DNA of 64,000 bases from an uncultured Bacteroidales bacterium (GTDB lineage Bacteria; Bacteroidota; Bacteroidia; Bacteroidales; VadinHA17). Below, one piece after another: positions 28,498 through 39,068 of this stretch (positions are counted from its first letter, which is position 1; each line of letters begins with the position of its first letter). The notes beneath the pieces were generated by a model, which was given only the letters and a program-made list of their open reading frames with translations, was not told the DNA's origin and made no database searches. A program made the position numbers and the translations under genes. The stretch spans positions 627-64,626 of the forward strand of contig CAVORD010000003.1 of NCBI GenBank assembly GCA_963698535.1, written 5' to 3'.

Positions 28498-30273
28498 TCA
28501 GGAACAATATATTTTACATCTATCTCCTTTAATCCCGTCGCCATCAGCATCTTTCATCCCGCAGAAGAACTCCTTAAGGGCAAGCCACTCTTTACCCTCT
28601 TTGAAATTATTCCCTTCCTGAGAGAAGTCGATTACAGCTTCCTTCATATCTGTCATTTCTGTTCCGTCAGCATGCTTAGGCACCACCTTGAGCAGCCCGA
28701 AGCTCATACTCTTGATTATACCCACAAACTCCAGAATATATGAATTGGCTGCTATGGAATAGAGCGTAGTGTTATCTTTTGAGAGATCAATTTGGTGAAA
28801 ATCTCCCTTCTTGTCTGCTATTTCAATACTCTTTATCTTCCTCAGGATCATCTTATCAGGATCGTAAAATACCTTAACCCCTGAATAGTAGCAATAGTTA
28901 GAAGTACTTGACCGATAAGCGATAAGCAGTACTTCAAGAATGCTTTTCAGTTCCTTGCCAGTAACATAGACCCTCGAAAGGGGGTATCCCGGCACACCGT
29001 CGGCGCCTGATCCCAGCGACATAACATTGAAAATGTCGGGAATGGTTTGAATACCGGGTTTGATCCTGTCGCGGATAACTCCTGCCGCAACAAGGCTGAT
29101 ATCCGAACCGGCCACCGTATGATTATTAACAAAGGCATGGACCGCGTCGGCAACCATAGGACCCAGATTACTCCCCTCAAGATCGGTATATTCATCGCAG
29201 ACCAGTTCATATGTGGAAAGAATGATAGGTGTGGTATATGATAATCCCAATGGCCTAAGCACCAGACTGTCGACAAGGAGAGCCTGTGCGTCGATAAGAC
29301 CAATAAATTCAGGATCGCCCGCTACGCTGTCATCAACGGGTATAAGTTTGTAGCTTACCTGACTGACTTTATCATTTTCTACCTCTACTTCCAGTCTGCC
29401 GACATAAGTAGCGTGGTATCCCGACTGAATTATAAGTGTGCCCTTAACATTCAATGGTTCTTCAATTTTAGAGTGGGTATGACCGCTGACGATAATATCT
29501 ATTCCCTTTACTCTTCTTGCCAGTTTATAATCCTCTCCTCTCCATCTTCCTTTTTTGTCCTTTGCCAGTCCGGAATGCGAAAGGCAGATAATAAGGTCAC
29601 AATCTTGACCTTTAAGCTCCTTTACCATCTTACGTGCTGCTCTCTTCTGCTTTGAGAAAGTAACCGGCGGGGCATATGGAGCAACATCATCAGCATCGAC
29701 TCCCATAAGAGAGAAGAAGCCTATTTTGAGACCATTCTTTTCAAGAATAGTGGTTCTGGTTATTAAATTATCGTTAAAAGCCGATTCAATAACATCATCG
29801 GCTATATCAACAGGATCGGTAACTGCATTACTCAGCAGGAGTGCAGGTATAGGTCCCCGCTCTGCCGACTTGTAGATTATCCGGCCCAGTGTTTCCGGAC
29901 CATAGTCAAACTCATGGTTACCAATGGCTGCTACATCATATCCCATCTTCTTCATCAGCCAGAGCTGGAAACCTGTCTGTTCCTCAATGTGGTGAAAAAG
30001 GGTACCCATCAGGAAGTCACCGCCGTCGAGTATAAGTGTCTCCTCAGGCATCTTTTCGCGTTCGCTTTTCAGGACCGTTGCCAGACGGGCAAAGCCGCCT
30101 ATTGTATGGTCGTCGCCTGTTGTCGCAGGTGAATATTGCCCTTCGGGAGCATAGCCCATCAGACGGGAGTGCATGTCGTTTGTATGCAGTATCACCAGTC
30201 GCTTTGTCTCCTGTGACATAAGGAGCGTTGTAACGACTATAAGGATCATCGAGAGAAAGCTTTTCTTGATCAT
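28498..30273 (-). CDS. Bifunctional metallophosphatase / 5'-nucleotidase
   Basis: It has the HTNDMHSR, GGDF and GNHEFD motifs, a signal peptide and a C-terminal nucleotidase domain. Confidence 0.85.
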   Translation of the reverse strand: MIKKSFLSMILIVVTTLLMSQETKRLVILHTNDMHSRLMGYAPEGQYSPATTGDDHTIGGFARLATVLKSEREKMPEETLILDGGDFLMGTLFHHIEEQTGFQLWLMKKMGYDVAAIGNHEFDYGPETLGRIIYKSAERGPIPALLLSNAVTDPVDIADDVIESAFNDNLITRTTILEKNGLKIGFFSLMGVDADDVAPYAPPVTFSKQKRAARKMVKELKGQDCDLIICLSHSGLAKDKKGRWRGEDYKLARRVKGIDIIVSGHTHSKIEEPLNVKGTLIIQSGYHATYVGRLEVEVENDKVSQVSYKLIPVDDSVAGDPEFIGLIDAQALLVDSLVLRPLGLSYTTPIILSTYELVCDEYTDLEGSNLGPMVADAVHAFVNNHTVAGSDISLVAAGVIRDRIKPGIQTIPDIFNVMSLGSGADGVPGYPLSRVYVTGKELKSILEVLLIAYRSSTSNYCYYSGVKVFYDPDKMILRKIKSIEIADKKGDFHQIDLSKDNTTLYSIAANSYILEFVGIIKSMSFGLLKVVPKHADGTEMTDMKEAVIDFSQEGNNFKEGKEWLALKEFFCGMKDADGDGIKGDRCKIYCS

Positions 30274-30341
30274 TTGATTTGTTTTAGGAATCCTAAATAT
30301 ATAAAAAGATATTCAGTTGATGCCTTATCGATTTAGGCAAA

Positions 30342-30356
30342 CCGGATAGTATCCGG
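30342..30356 (-). terminator. Hairpin downstream of folC
   Basis: ccggat-agt-atccgg is followed on the minus strand by TTTG. Confidence 0.35.
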
Positions 30357-30426
30357 GGGAAAGTTGGCAGTTGGCCTGCCTTCGCCAAAGGCTACGGCTG
30401 GTAAAAGAGTTGTCAGTAGCCTGATT

Positions 30427-31719
30427 TCACACTATCTCTGCCACCACAAAGGTACTGCCACCAATAAATACCAGATCACGGTCGGCAGCGTCTGCAGTAG
30501 CACGGTGCAAGGCATCTGCAACAGTAGCAAATGAATGTCCTCTCAATCCGTATTCTTTGGCTCTCGCCATAAGAAGATTTTCATCAAGTGCACGCGGGAG
30601 CGCTGCTCTTGTAAAATAGTATTCAGCATCAACGGGAAAAAGGGGCAGTACTGTCGAAAGATCTTTGTCGTTAACTACTCCCAGCACTATCCTGAGCTTC
30701 TCATGCTCTATAGCCTTAAGCTGACTCATAACATGTTCCAGTCCCTCCTTGTTATGCCCGGTATCGCAAATGGTAAGGGGATTGGTTCCTAGAATCTGCC
30801 ATCGTCCCAGAAGGCCGGTATTTCTCACAACATTTCGAATCCCGGAGAAGAGATGAGCATCATCAACACTAAGTGTTTTCCTGATTTGCCTTACCGACTC
30901 CATTACAGTTTGAATGTTTTTTGTCTGATAGGAACCACCAAGGGGGATAGTACCTTCAATTGCCGGGCCTTCACTCTTCTTTTCGCTGACACTGAAATCC
31001 CTTATGCCTGTCAGGTTGTCGATTTCGCCCAGGTTACACTCCCAGAGAGTGTCAGCAAAATAGAGAGGTGACTTCCTGTCACCGGCAATGGTCCTGAAAA
31101 CCTGCTCAGAAAAAGGGGCAGTCTCTCCAATTACCACAGGTATACCTTGCTTAATTATTCCACCTTTCTCTCTGGCTACATCGGAAAGTGTTGGACCGAG
31201 GAACTCCAGATGATCTGTTCCTATGTTGGTGATAACCGACAACAATGGTGTTACAATATTAGTTGAATCGAGTCGCCCGCCCATGCCAACCTCTACTACG
31301 GCAACATCTGTCTTTTCATTGGCAAAATGCGCAAACGCCATAGCAACCGTCATCTCGAAAAATGAAGGCTCATGCTTCTCCATCGCGCCCCAGTGCTCAG
31401 CAACAAAGTCCACCACTTTGTCCTCAGGTATCATTACCCCGTTTATTTTTATTCTCTCCCTGAAATCACGAAGGTGCGGTGAGGTGTAAAGTCCGGTTTT
31501 ATACCCTGCCTCGGCAAGTACGGAAGCGAGTATGTGAGCCACCGATCCCTTGCCGTTGGTGCCTGCTATATGTATGGTTTTAAATGCTTTATGAGGGTTG
31601 CCAAAATAGTCGTCGAGTGCAAGGGTAGTATCCAGATCTGCCTTATATGCCGCCTTTCCAATCCGCTGATAAGCAGGTAGTTGGCGGTAAAGAAATTCGA
31701 GGGTCTCTTTGTAGGTCAT
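30427..31719 (-). CDS. folC: Bifunctional folylpolyglutamate synthase / dihydrofolate synthase
   Basis: It has the GTNGKGS P-loop and Mur-ligase architecture. Confidence 0.9.
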   Translation of the reverse strand: MTYKETLEFLYRQLPAYQRIGKAAYKADLDTTLALDDYFGNPHKAFKTIHIAGTNGKGSVAHILASVLAEAGYKTGLYTSPHLRDFRERIKINGVMIPEDKVVDFVAEHWGAMEKHEPSFFEMTVAMAFAHFANEKTDVAVVEVGMGGRLDSTNIVTPLLSVITNIGTDHLEFLGPTLSDVAREKGGIIKQGIPVVIGETAPFSEQVFRTIAGDRKSPLYFADTLWECNLGEIDNLTGIRDFSVSEKKSEGPAIEGTIPLGGSYQTKNIQTVMESVRQIRKTLSVDDAHLFSGIRNVVRNTGLLGRWQILGTNPLTICDTGHNKEGLEHVMSQLKAIEHEKLRIVLGVVNDKDLSTVLPLFPVDAEYYFTRAALPRALDENLLMARAKEYGLRGHSFATVADALHRATADAADRDLVFIGGSTFVVAEIV

Positions 31720-31999
31720 CGGGGTAATTCAATATGCAAAAATAGAATAGTTTGGTTAAAAAATACTTTATGCGCTTAGTAAGTAAAAAAGGTTTTACCA
31801 CCAAGGTACCACTGTAAAGGTTATCAGTTCTTCGAACACCCACCCTACCTCCCGCCCAAGGCAGGACAGGCTCTCCCAAGAGGGGATCAATACAGCTGAA
31901 ACTTAGCTTTGCTCACTTTTGAATCGATTCAGGGCAGTAATCTATCTCCAAAAACTTTATCTTTAGGATTAATAGAAACCTCTGGTAAGAACAATTGCT

Positions 32000-33337
32000 A
32001 TGGCCAAGAAAAAAGTACATAAGAAGATTTTCATCCTCGATACAAATGTTCTGTTGCATGATTATAAGTGCATCTACAATTTTGAGGAGAATGATGTAAT
32101 TATACCAATCGTTGTCCTTGAGGAGCTTGACAGGTTCAAGAAGGGTAACGACCAGATAAATTTTCATGCCCGCGAATTCACACGTGAACTCGACAAACTA
32201 TCCGGCGACCTTCTTCTCTCTGCTGAGATCCCACTTGGAGAAGGACTTGGCAACCTGCACATTGAGACGGGCAAGGACTTTTCGGAAAGGGTATCACAGT
32301 CATTTCCGGAAAAGACACCCGATCACCGTATTCTGGCTATTGCCGATTATGTGTGCAATAACAGGAAGGATATTGAGATCATACTCATATCAAAAGATAT
32401 TAACCTAAGGATGAAAGCCAAGTCTCTCGGGATCATTGCACAGGACTATGAGAACGATAAGGTTGCCAATATTGACGACCTATACAAAGGCATCGAGACA
32501 ATAGAAGGCATTGAACCATCCATAATAAACCAGCTTTACGAACAGGCAGACGGTATTGAGATGCAGGAGTCGGGGTTTGGCATTGAGACAACAGGACATA
32601 AGTTCTATATCCTTAAAAACAACGGAGCCAGCGCTCTGGCACATTATAACCCGGTTTCCAAAAAGCTGAACAGGGTACTGAAACAGACTACCTATGGCAT
32701 TGATCCGCGAAATGCTGAGCAGACCTTTGCCTTTGAGGCATTAATGAATCCCGACATCCAGCTTGTGAGTCTTACAGGCAAGGCAGGAACAGGAAAGACA
32801 CTTCTTGCCCTGGCCTCAGCCTTGCAGCAACAAAAAAGATACAAGCAGGTATTTCTGGCGCGTCCCATAGTGCCCCTTGCCAACAGGGATATCGGCTTCC
32901 TTCCGGGAGATGTTAAGGAGAAGATAGAACCTTACATGCAGCCACTGTTCGACAACCTTACGGTTATCAAGCATAAGTTCAGCCACCAGAGCCCTGAGTT
33001 CATCAGGATAAACGACATGGTCAAGGAGGAGAAACTGGTTATCACACCACTTGCATTTATCAGGGGAAGGAGCCTTTCCAATATCTTTTTCATTGTTGAT
33101 GAGGCACAAAACTTAACCCCTCACGAGATAAAAACGATAATCACACGTGCCGGAGAAGGAACCAAGATGGTATTCACCGGTGATATTGAACAGATAGACT
33201 CCCCATACCTTGACACTGCATCTAATGGTCTGACCTACCTGAGCGACAAGATGAAGAATCAGGATATCTTTGCTCATGTTAACCTCATCAAGGGTGAAAG
33301 AAGTTTCCTCGCCGACCTTGCAAGCAGATTATTATAA
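32000..33337 (+). CDS. PIN-domain / PhoH-like ATPase fusion (PhoH2/YlaK type)
   Basis: It has an N-terminal PIN domain (ILDTNVLLHD) and the Walker A motif GKAGTGKT. Confidence 0.85.
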   Translation: MAKKKVHKKIFILDTNVLLHDYKCIYNFEENDVIIPIVVLEELDRFKKGNDQINFHAREFTRELDKLSGDLLLSAEIPLGEGLGNLHIETGKDFSERVSQSFPEKTPDHRILAIADYVCNNRKDIEIILISKDINLRMKAKSLGIIAQDYENDKVANIDDLYKGIETIEGIEPSIINQLYEQADGIEMQESGFGIETTGHKFYILKNNGASALAHYNPVSKKLNRVLKQTTYGIDPRNAEQTFAFEALMNPDIQLVSLTGKAGTGKTLLALASALQQQKRYKQVFLARPIVPLANRDIGFLPGDVKEKIEPYMQPLFDNLTVIKHKFSHQSPEFIRINDMVKEEKLVITPLAFIRGRSLSNIFFIVDEAQNLTPHEIKTIITRAGEGTKMVFTGDIEQIDSPYLDTASNGLTYLSDKMKNQDIFAHVNLIKGERSFLADLASRLL

Positions 33338-33346
33338 ATTATTGTT

Positions 33347-33850
33347 ATGGCACTGGAATTGGTTTTAGTTCGTCACGGCGACGCTCTCTCCGGCAAAGCC
33401 GGAATAAAGGATATCGACAGAACCTTGTCTCATCAGGGCATCATCGGATCGGTGCAGATGGCATCCAAACTTCTGCAGGAGGGATTTGACCCTGAGGCAG
33501 TTTATACAAGCCCGGCAGCAAGAGCAATGCACACGGCTATGATCTTCACAAGAACCCTCCAGAAAGGGACAAACATCATTGAGCTGGTTGATGATCTCTA
33601 TTACGGGACCTCCTCCACCATAATTGAGTGGATAACAGAGACATATGACGGAATAAAGAGCCTGGTTATTGTAGGTCATAATCCGGGTATAACCGAGATC
33701 GTCAACACCCTTTCGCAGGGCAGGTCGGCCTTTATGCCAACAAATGGAATAGCATGGTTCAAGTTCGACACTGCATCATGGGGAAAGGTGCCTGAATCGA
33801 ATCTCGCATCATTCCGGTTCTTTGCTCCCCCCGGAGATAATGATGAATGA
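33347..33850 (+). CDS. sixA: Histidine phosphatase family protein (SixA-like)
   Basis: It has the LVRHGDA (RHG) motif and is 167 aa long. Confidence 0.75.
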   Translation: MALELVLVRHGDALSGKAGIKDIDRTLSHQGIIGSVQMASKLLQEGFDPEAVYTSPAARAMHTAMIFTRTLQKGTNIIELVDDLYYGTSSTIIEWITETYDGIKSLVIVGHNPGITEIVNTLSQGRSAFMPTNGIAWFKFDTASWGKVPESNLASFRFFAPPGDNDE

Positions 33851-33873
33851 CCCATCATTTTTGGTAAAACAAC

Positions 33874-33881
33874 TATCTTTG
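33874..33881 (+). promoter_or_regulatory. -7 promoter element (TATCTTTG) upstream of mtaB
   Basis: A TAnnTTTG match lies 19 nt upstream of the ATG at 33901. Confidence 0.4.
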
Positions 33882-33900
33882 CAGCCACACTTTTTGATCT

Positions 33901-35199
33901 ATGAGCAACAGGAAGAAAATTGCATTCCACACTCTGGGCTGCAAGCTAAATTTTGCAGAGACAAGTACATTGGCCCGCTCCTTTCCGGCTGATGAATTTG
34001 AGCGTGTCGGCTATGGTGACGTTGCCGATGTATATGTTATCAATACATGCTCTGTAACCGATGCTGCCGACAAGAAGTGCCGCCAGGCCATAACAAAGGT
34101 CCTGAATCAGTCACCCAGGGCCTTTGTCGCCGTGGTAGGCTGTTATGCACAACTCAAGCCCGAAGAGATAGCAGCTATCCCGGGTGTAGACCTCGTTCTG
34201 GGATCAAATGAGAAATTCGACATATCGCTTTACACATCAACACTTAAAAAGAGAGCTGTCCCGGAAATTCATTCATGCGAGCTTAAGCCCTCTGACTCAT
34301 TCTTCCCTTCTTGGTCGGCAGGCGACAGGACACGCTCATTTCTAAAGGTACAGGATGGTTGTGATTACAGTTGCACCTATTGCACTATCCCAATGGCAAG
34401 AGGGAAAAGCCGCAACCCAAAGATAGAGGTGATCGTTAAGGAGGCTCAGGAGATAGTTGCATCAGGGGTTAAGGAGATAGTGCTTACGGGTGTCAATACC
34501 GGGGACTTCGGTAAATCAACCGGAGAGAACTTCAACGACCTGCTCAAGGCTCTTACCGAGGTTGAAGGGATGAAAAGGATAAGGGTATCATCGATAGAAC
34601 CTAACCTCATCACCGACGAGGTGATCGATCAGTTCGCATCATCCGGGGTACTGATGCCTCACTTCCATATTCCCCTTCAGAGCGGATGTAACAGGATCCT
34701 GGGACTTATGGCGCGACGTTACCGGAGAGAACTTTTTGCCGACAGGTTAAACAGGATCAGGAAACTCATTCCTCATGCCTCGGTAGGGGCAGATGTTATA
34801 GTAGGTTTCCCGGGTGAAACGGAAGAGGATTACAACGATACCTTTAACTTCCTCCTTGACCTGCCTCTTTCCTATTTGCATGTTTTTTCCTATTCATCAA
34901 GACCAGGCACAAAAGCTGAAAATATGGAGGGCAAAGTGGCAAAGGCTGATATTACCGCTCGCAGTAAATCACTCAACAAGCTATCGGCAATAAAGAAAAA
35001 AAGCTTCATGGAGGAGAACAGAGGAAGGATCGATGAGGTTCTCTTTGAAGGCAAAAGAGCAGGAGGAGTGATATCCGGCTTCACCCGCAATTATATCCGT
35101 GTGGATGTACCATGGCAGAAAGAGCTTAAAGGTAATATCGCCTCTGTGAAGCTTTTGGAAATTAACGATGAAGAAACAATGAATTGCCAGTTGTTATGA
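33901..35199 (+). CDS. mtaB: tRNA methylthiotransferase, MiaB-like (MtaB)
   Basis: It has a radical-SAM CxxxCxxC motif (CDYSCTYCTIP), an N-terminal UPF0004 Cys triad and a TRAM-like C-terminus. Confidence 0.85.
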   Translation: MSNRKKIAFHTLGCKLNFAETSTLARSFPADEFERVGYGDVADVYVINTCSVTDAADKKCRQAITKVLNQSPRAFVAVVGCYAQLKPEEIAAIPGVDLVLGSNEKFDISLYTSTLKKRAVPEIHSCELKPSDSFFPSWSAGDRTRSFLKVQDGCDYSCTYCTIPMARGKSRNPKIEVIVKEAQEIVASGVKEIVLTGVNTGDFGKSTGENFNDLLKALTEVEGMKRIRVSSIEPNLITDEVIDQFASSGVLMPHFHIPLQSGCNRILGLMARRYRRELFADRLNRIRKLIPHASVGADVIVGFPGETEEDYNDTFNFLLDLPLSYLHVFSYSSRPGTKAENMEGKVAKADITARSKSLNKLSAIKKKSFMEENRGRIDEVLFEGKRAGGVISGFTRNYIRVDVPWQKELKGNIASVKLLEINDEETMNCQLL

Positions 35200-35999
35200 C
35201 AACACCTGAACTGAAAAAAATAGTGGCATCGGTATGCACCATAGCCATGGAAGTAGGATCTCTTATCAGAAATTCCTCTTCTTCTTACTCTAAAGATTCG
35301 ATAATCACAAAAGGGCTTCACGACCTTGTGAGTGAGGTAGACCTTGCATCTGAGAAGATATTGGTGGAACGACTCTCTGAGCTCTTGCCGGAAGCAGGCA
35401 TCATGGCCGAGGAAGGATCGGGGAAATCAGACCACGAAAGATATGTATGGATCATCGACCCCCTTGACGGAACAACCAACTTCCTTCACTCTCTCCCGCC
35501 CTACTCTGTCAGCATAGGATTGACAGACAATGGTGTTCCCGTAGCCGGCGTTGTTTACGAAATTGGTAAGGATGAACTGTTCTACGCATGGCAGGGTGGC
35601 GGGGCCTGGCTCAATGGCAGGAGGATAGGCGTCACCGCTACCAGTGATCCGCAGGATACTCTTGCTGCTACAGGATTCCCCTTCAGGGATTTCAGCCGTA
35701 TGGATGGTTTCCTGAAGTGTCTGGAACATTTTTTCAGAAACACCCGAGGTGTTAGGAGAATGGGATCGGCCTCCGTTGACCTGGCCTATGTGGCGGCCGG
35801 AAGATTCGATTTCTATTTTGAATATGCCCTGAAACCATGGGACATAGCAGCAGGAATGGTAATCGTGAGTGAAGCCGGTGGCAAAGCCACAAATTTCAAC
35901 GGTGAAGAGAACGATATTTCGGGTATCGACATAATTGCCTCCAACGGGGTTATGCATAAATATGTTACAGAAATTGTAAGTAAATTTATATCCCGATAA
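35196..35999 (+). CDS. suhB: Inositol monophosphatase family protein
   Basis: It has the WIIDPLDGTTNF motif. Its ATG overlaps the mtaB stop (ATGA). Confidence 0.85.
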   Translation: MTTPELKKIVASVCTIAMEVGSLIRNSSSSYSKDSIITKGLHDLVSEVDLASEKILVERLSELLPEAGIMAEEGSGKSDHERYVWIIDPLDGTTNFLHSLPPYSVSIGLTDNGVPVAGVVYEIGKDELFYAWQGGGAWLNGRRIGVTATSDPQDTLAATGFPFRDFSRMDGFLKCLEHFFRNTRGVRRMGSASVDLAYVAAGRFDFYFEYALKPWDIAAGMVIVSEAGGKATNFNGEENDISGIDIIASNGVMHKYVTEIVSKFISR

Positions 36000-36009
36000 C
36001 CAACCTCTG

Positions 36010-36885
36010 ATGAGTGCATTTTCATTCCGTATCCTTTACTCTTTTATCTGGATAATCACTCTCCTTCCTATGAGAGTGCTTTACATTTTTTCCGGACCAG
36101 TCTATCTGATACTATATCATATAACAGGATACAGACGAAAGGTAGTTGCCGATAACCTTAAGAATGCATTCCCTGAGAAGAGCGATACAGAACTCGCTGA
36201 AATTGGCCGCAAATATTACCGTCACCTCACCGATCTCTTTCTCGAGGCGCTACGGATGACTCATATCGGAGAGAAAAGCATGAGACGACGGTACAGGGTG
36301 GTAGATAACGGCCTGCTCAAAAAACTGAAGGATGAGAAGAGAGATGTGATTCTGGTATGCGGACATTATGGCAACTGGGAGTGGCTGCCGGCATTCCCGT
36401 TATATACCGACTACAAGGTCATATCCATCTACAAACCACTGGCCGACAAGCGATTCGAGAAGGTGATAAACAGGAACAGATCAAAATTCGGGTTAAAGCT
36501 TGCTCCCATGTCAACAATTCTCAGGGAGATAATTACATACCGCAAGGAGGGGATCAACACTATCTCGGCCTTTGTTTCCGATCAGACACCTGCCAAAAGT
36601 GAGATCAACTACTGGACAACATTTCTGAATCAGGATACACCTGTTTATATTGGGGTTGAAAAAGTAGCGGAGAAGTTTGACATGGCTATTGTTTTTATGA
36701 ACATGAAGAAGGTTGGCAGAGGCTATTACGATGTGGAGCTTGAACTTTTGTTCGACCATACCGGAGGATTACCTGAGTATCATGTTACGGAAGCGCATGT
36801 GAGAAAACTGGAAGAGAAGATCCGGGAAGCACCTGAGTACTGGCTATGGAGCCATCGAAGGTGGAAACATAAAAAGGTGAAATGA
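36010..36885 (+). CDS. Lysophospholipid/lipid A acyltransferase (LpxL/HtrB family)
   Basis: It has an N-terminal TM segment and the HYGNWE (HX4-type) motif. Confidence 0.75.
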   Translation: MSAFSFRILYSFIWIITLLPMRVLYIFSGPVYLILYHITGYRRKVVADNLKNAFPEKSDTELAEIGRKYYRHLTDLFLEALRMTHIGEKSMRRRYRVVDNGLLKKLKDEKRDVILVCGHYGNWEWLPAFPLYTDYKVISIYKPLADKRFEKVINRNRSKFGLKLAPMSTILREIITYRKEGINTISAFVSDQTPAKSEINYWTTFLNQDTPVYIGVEKVAEKFDMAIVFMNMKKVGRGYYDVELELLFDHTGGLPEYHVTEAHVRKLEEKIREAPEYWLWSHRRWKHKKVK

Positions 36886-37907
36886 TGACTGAAACAGCAA
36901 TTGTCATTCTCAACTGGAACGGTATTGAATTCCTTAAAAAATACCTGCCTCTGCTGATCAGGGAGAGTTCGGAAGAAGGTGTAGCAATAGTCGTTGCCGA
37001 CAATGGGTCTGCTGATGGAAGCGTAAAATGGCTAAAGGAAAATCAGGGTGAGGTAAGGATAGTTGAAATCGGCAAAAACCTGGGATTTGCCGGCGGATAC
37101 AACTACGCTCTTCAGAGGACAGACGCAAAATATTACATTCTCATAAACTCCGACATAGAGGTTACTCCCGGTTGGATCACCCCTTTAACAAAAAGATTAA
37201 AGGCCGATCCGCTGGTGGCTGCCGTACAACCTAAAATACTGTCGCTCAATAACCGATCACAATTTGAACATGCCGGCGCCGCAGGCGGATTCATCGACCG
37301 CAATGGCTATCCCTTTTGCCGGGGAAGGATACTCTCGCACTGCGAGACAGATAATGGCCAGTATGACGACCTGTCAGAAATAACCTGGGCCAGCGGTGCA
37401 TGTATGGCTATCAGGGCTGACCTTTTCAGGAAGGCCGGTGGATTCGACGACACCTTCTTCGCACACATGGAGGAGATAGACCTTTGCTGGAGACTTAAAG
37501 GAATGGGCTATAAGATAGAATATACTTACGAGTCAGTAGTGTATCACGTTGGAGGAGGAACTTTGCCATATGACTCACCTTTCAAGGTCTATCTCAACTT
37601 CAGGAACAACCTTTTTATGCTCTTCAAAAACCTCCCTCCACGATGGTTTGGTCTGAAAATATTTTTCAGGATGAAGCTCGACGGCATCGCCGCCATCAGA
37701 TTCCTCTTTTCAGGAGAAGGGAAACTCTTTATTGCTGTGATGAAGGCACATCTTCATTTCTGGAGGTCGCTACGCAGGTTAATAAAGGACAGAAAAACCA
37801 CACAGAAACTCTTTATAAATAACAATATCAAGGTTCTGGGTAAAAGAAGCATACTCACCGCCTATTATCTTCAGGGTAAAAGAACATTTTGCGAGATAAT
37901 GCGTTAG
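36882..37907 (+). CDS. Family 2 glycosyltransferase
   Basis: IVILNWNG...VVADNGSADGS...DxD-like region. It overlaps the upstream stop by 4 nt. Confidence 0.8.
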   Translation: MMTETAIVILNWNGIEFLKKYLPLLIRESSEEGVAIVVADNGSADGSVKWLKENQGEVRIVEIGKNLGFAGGYNYALQRTDAKYYILINSDIEVTPGWITPLTKRLKADPLVAAVQPKILSLNNRSQFEHAGAAGGFIDRNGYPFCRGRILSHCETDNGQYDDLSEITWASGACMAIRADLFRKAGGFDDTFFAHMEEIDLCWRLKGMGYKIEYTYESVVYHVGGGTLPYDSPFKVYLNFRNNLFMLFKNLPPRWFGLKIFFRMKLDGIAAIRFLFSGEGKLFIAVMKAHLHFWRSLRRLIKDRKTTQKLFINNNIKVLGKRSILTAYYLQGKRTFCEIMR

Positions 37908-37913
37908 TGAGTC

Positions 37914-39068
37914 ATGAAAACAAACCAGATCCTTATATTCTTTTCAATAGTAATTGTTATTTACTCACTTGCCAACCTGTACCTCATTACAAGGGGGATC
38001 AAAGCACTTCCGGAGGGAGGTAAGAGCAGGCTGATCGTAACATTAATACTGATTTTCCTTGCCTTAACCTTCATAGCCGGCAAGATCCTGGAAAGAACCC
38101 ACTCAGGCATCTTATCCGACGGACTCAATATCATAGGAGGCTTCTATCTTGCTTTCCTTCTCTTTGGCTTCTTGTTTGTCCTTCTATTTGATATTATCCT
38201 GGTAATTAATACGATAGGGCGGTTCCTTGACCCGGATGGCGTTCAAAGATTCAGACAGATCTATATGACTGGGGCATTGGCAGTAAGTATAGTGCTCATT
38301 TTTGCAGGCTTCATCAATGCAGTTTCACCGCGCATAACAAAGTACACCGTAAATGTGGGGAAGCAACTTCAGGGGATTGAGAGCATGAAGGTCATGGCTG
38401 TTTCCGACATTCATCTAGGGAGCACCATCAGGAAGAGGAGCATGAGAAAGCTGTCTTCTATGATAAAGGAGCAGAAGCCCGACCTGCTGCTGCTTCTTGG
38501 CGATATTGTTGACGGCGAGATAGAACCTGTTCTAAGGGACGATCTGCTTAGCTACCTGGAGTGTTCGGGATGTAACTACGGGATTTATGCCATCACCGGC
38601 AACCATGAATTTATTGGTGGCGCCGACCGCACCATACCATATATTGAGAGCAAGGGCTACCGGCTGCTGAAAGATGAAGTGGTCATCACAAAAGAGGGGT
38701 TACAGATAGTTGGAAGGATCGACCGCGATGGACAGAGATTTATGGGTAAAGCCAGGATGCCTCTGTCGGATCTTATCTCCCAGACCGATCCTTCAAAGCC
38801 GGTTATACTGCTTGATCACCAGCCATACAAACTTGATGAATCGGCTAAATACGGTGTAGATCTTCATCTCTCCGGACACACCCACAATGGTCAGTTCTGG
38901 CCCTTCTCGCTCATAGTATCATCGATCTTCGAACTACCCTATGGCTATCTGAAAAAGGGAGATACCAATATTATCGTCTCCAGTGGATTTGGCGTCTGGG
39001 GACCAAGGGTACGTATAGGAAGCCGATCGGAAGTGGTACTGATCGAGATGAAATTCAGTAAAAACTAA
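37914..39068 (+). CDS. Membrane-anchored metallophosphoesterase
   Basis: It has four N-terminal TM helices followed by the DIHLG, GDIVDG, GNHE and GHTH motifs. Confidence 0.8.
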   Translation: MKTNQILIFFSIVIVIYSLANLYLITRGIKALPEGGKSRLIVTLILIFLALTFIAGKILERTHSGILSDGLNIIGGFYLAFLLFGFLFVLLFDIILVINTIGRFLDPDGVQRFRQIYMTGALAVSIVLIFAGFINAVSPRITKYTVNVGKQLQGIESMKVMAVSDIHLGSTIRKRSMRKLSSMIKEQKPDLLLLLGDIVDGEIEPVLRDDLLSYLECSGCNYGIYAITGNHEFIGGADRTIPYIESKGYRLLKDEVVITKEGLQIVGRIDRDGQRFMGKARMPLSDLISQTDPSKPVILLDHQPYKLDESAKYGVDLHLSGHTHNGQFWPFSLIVSSIFELPYGYLKKGDTNIIVSSGFGVWGPRVRIGSRSEVVLIEMKFSKN

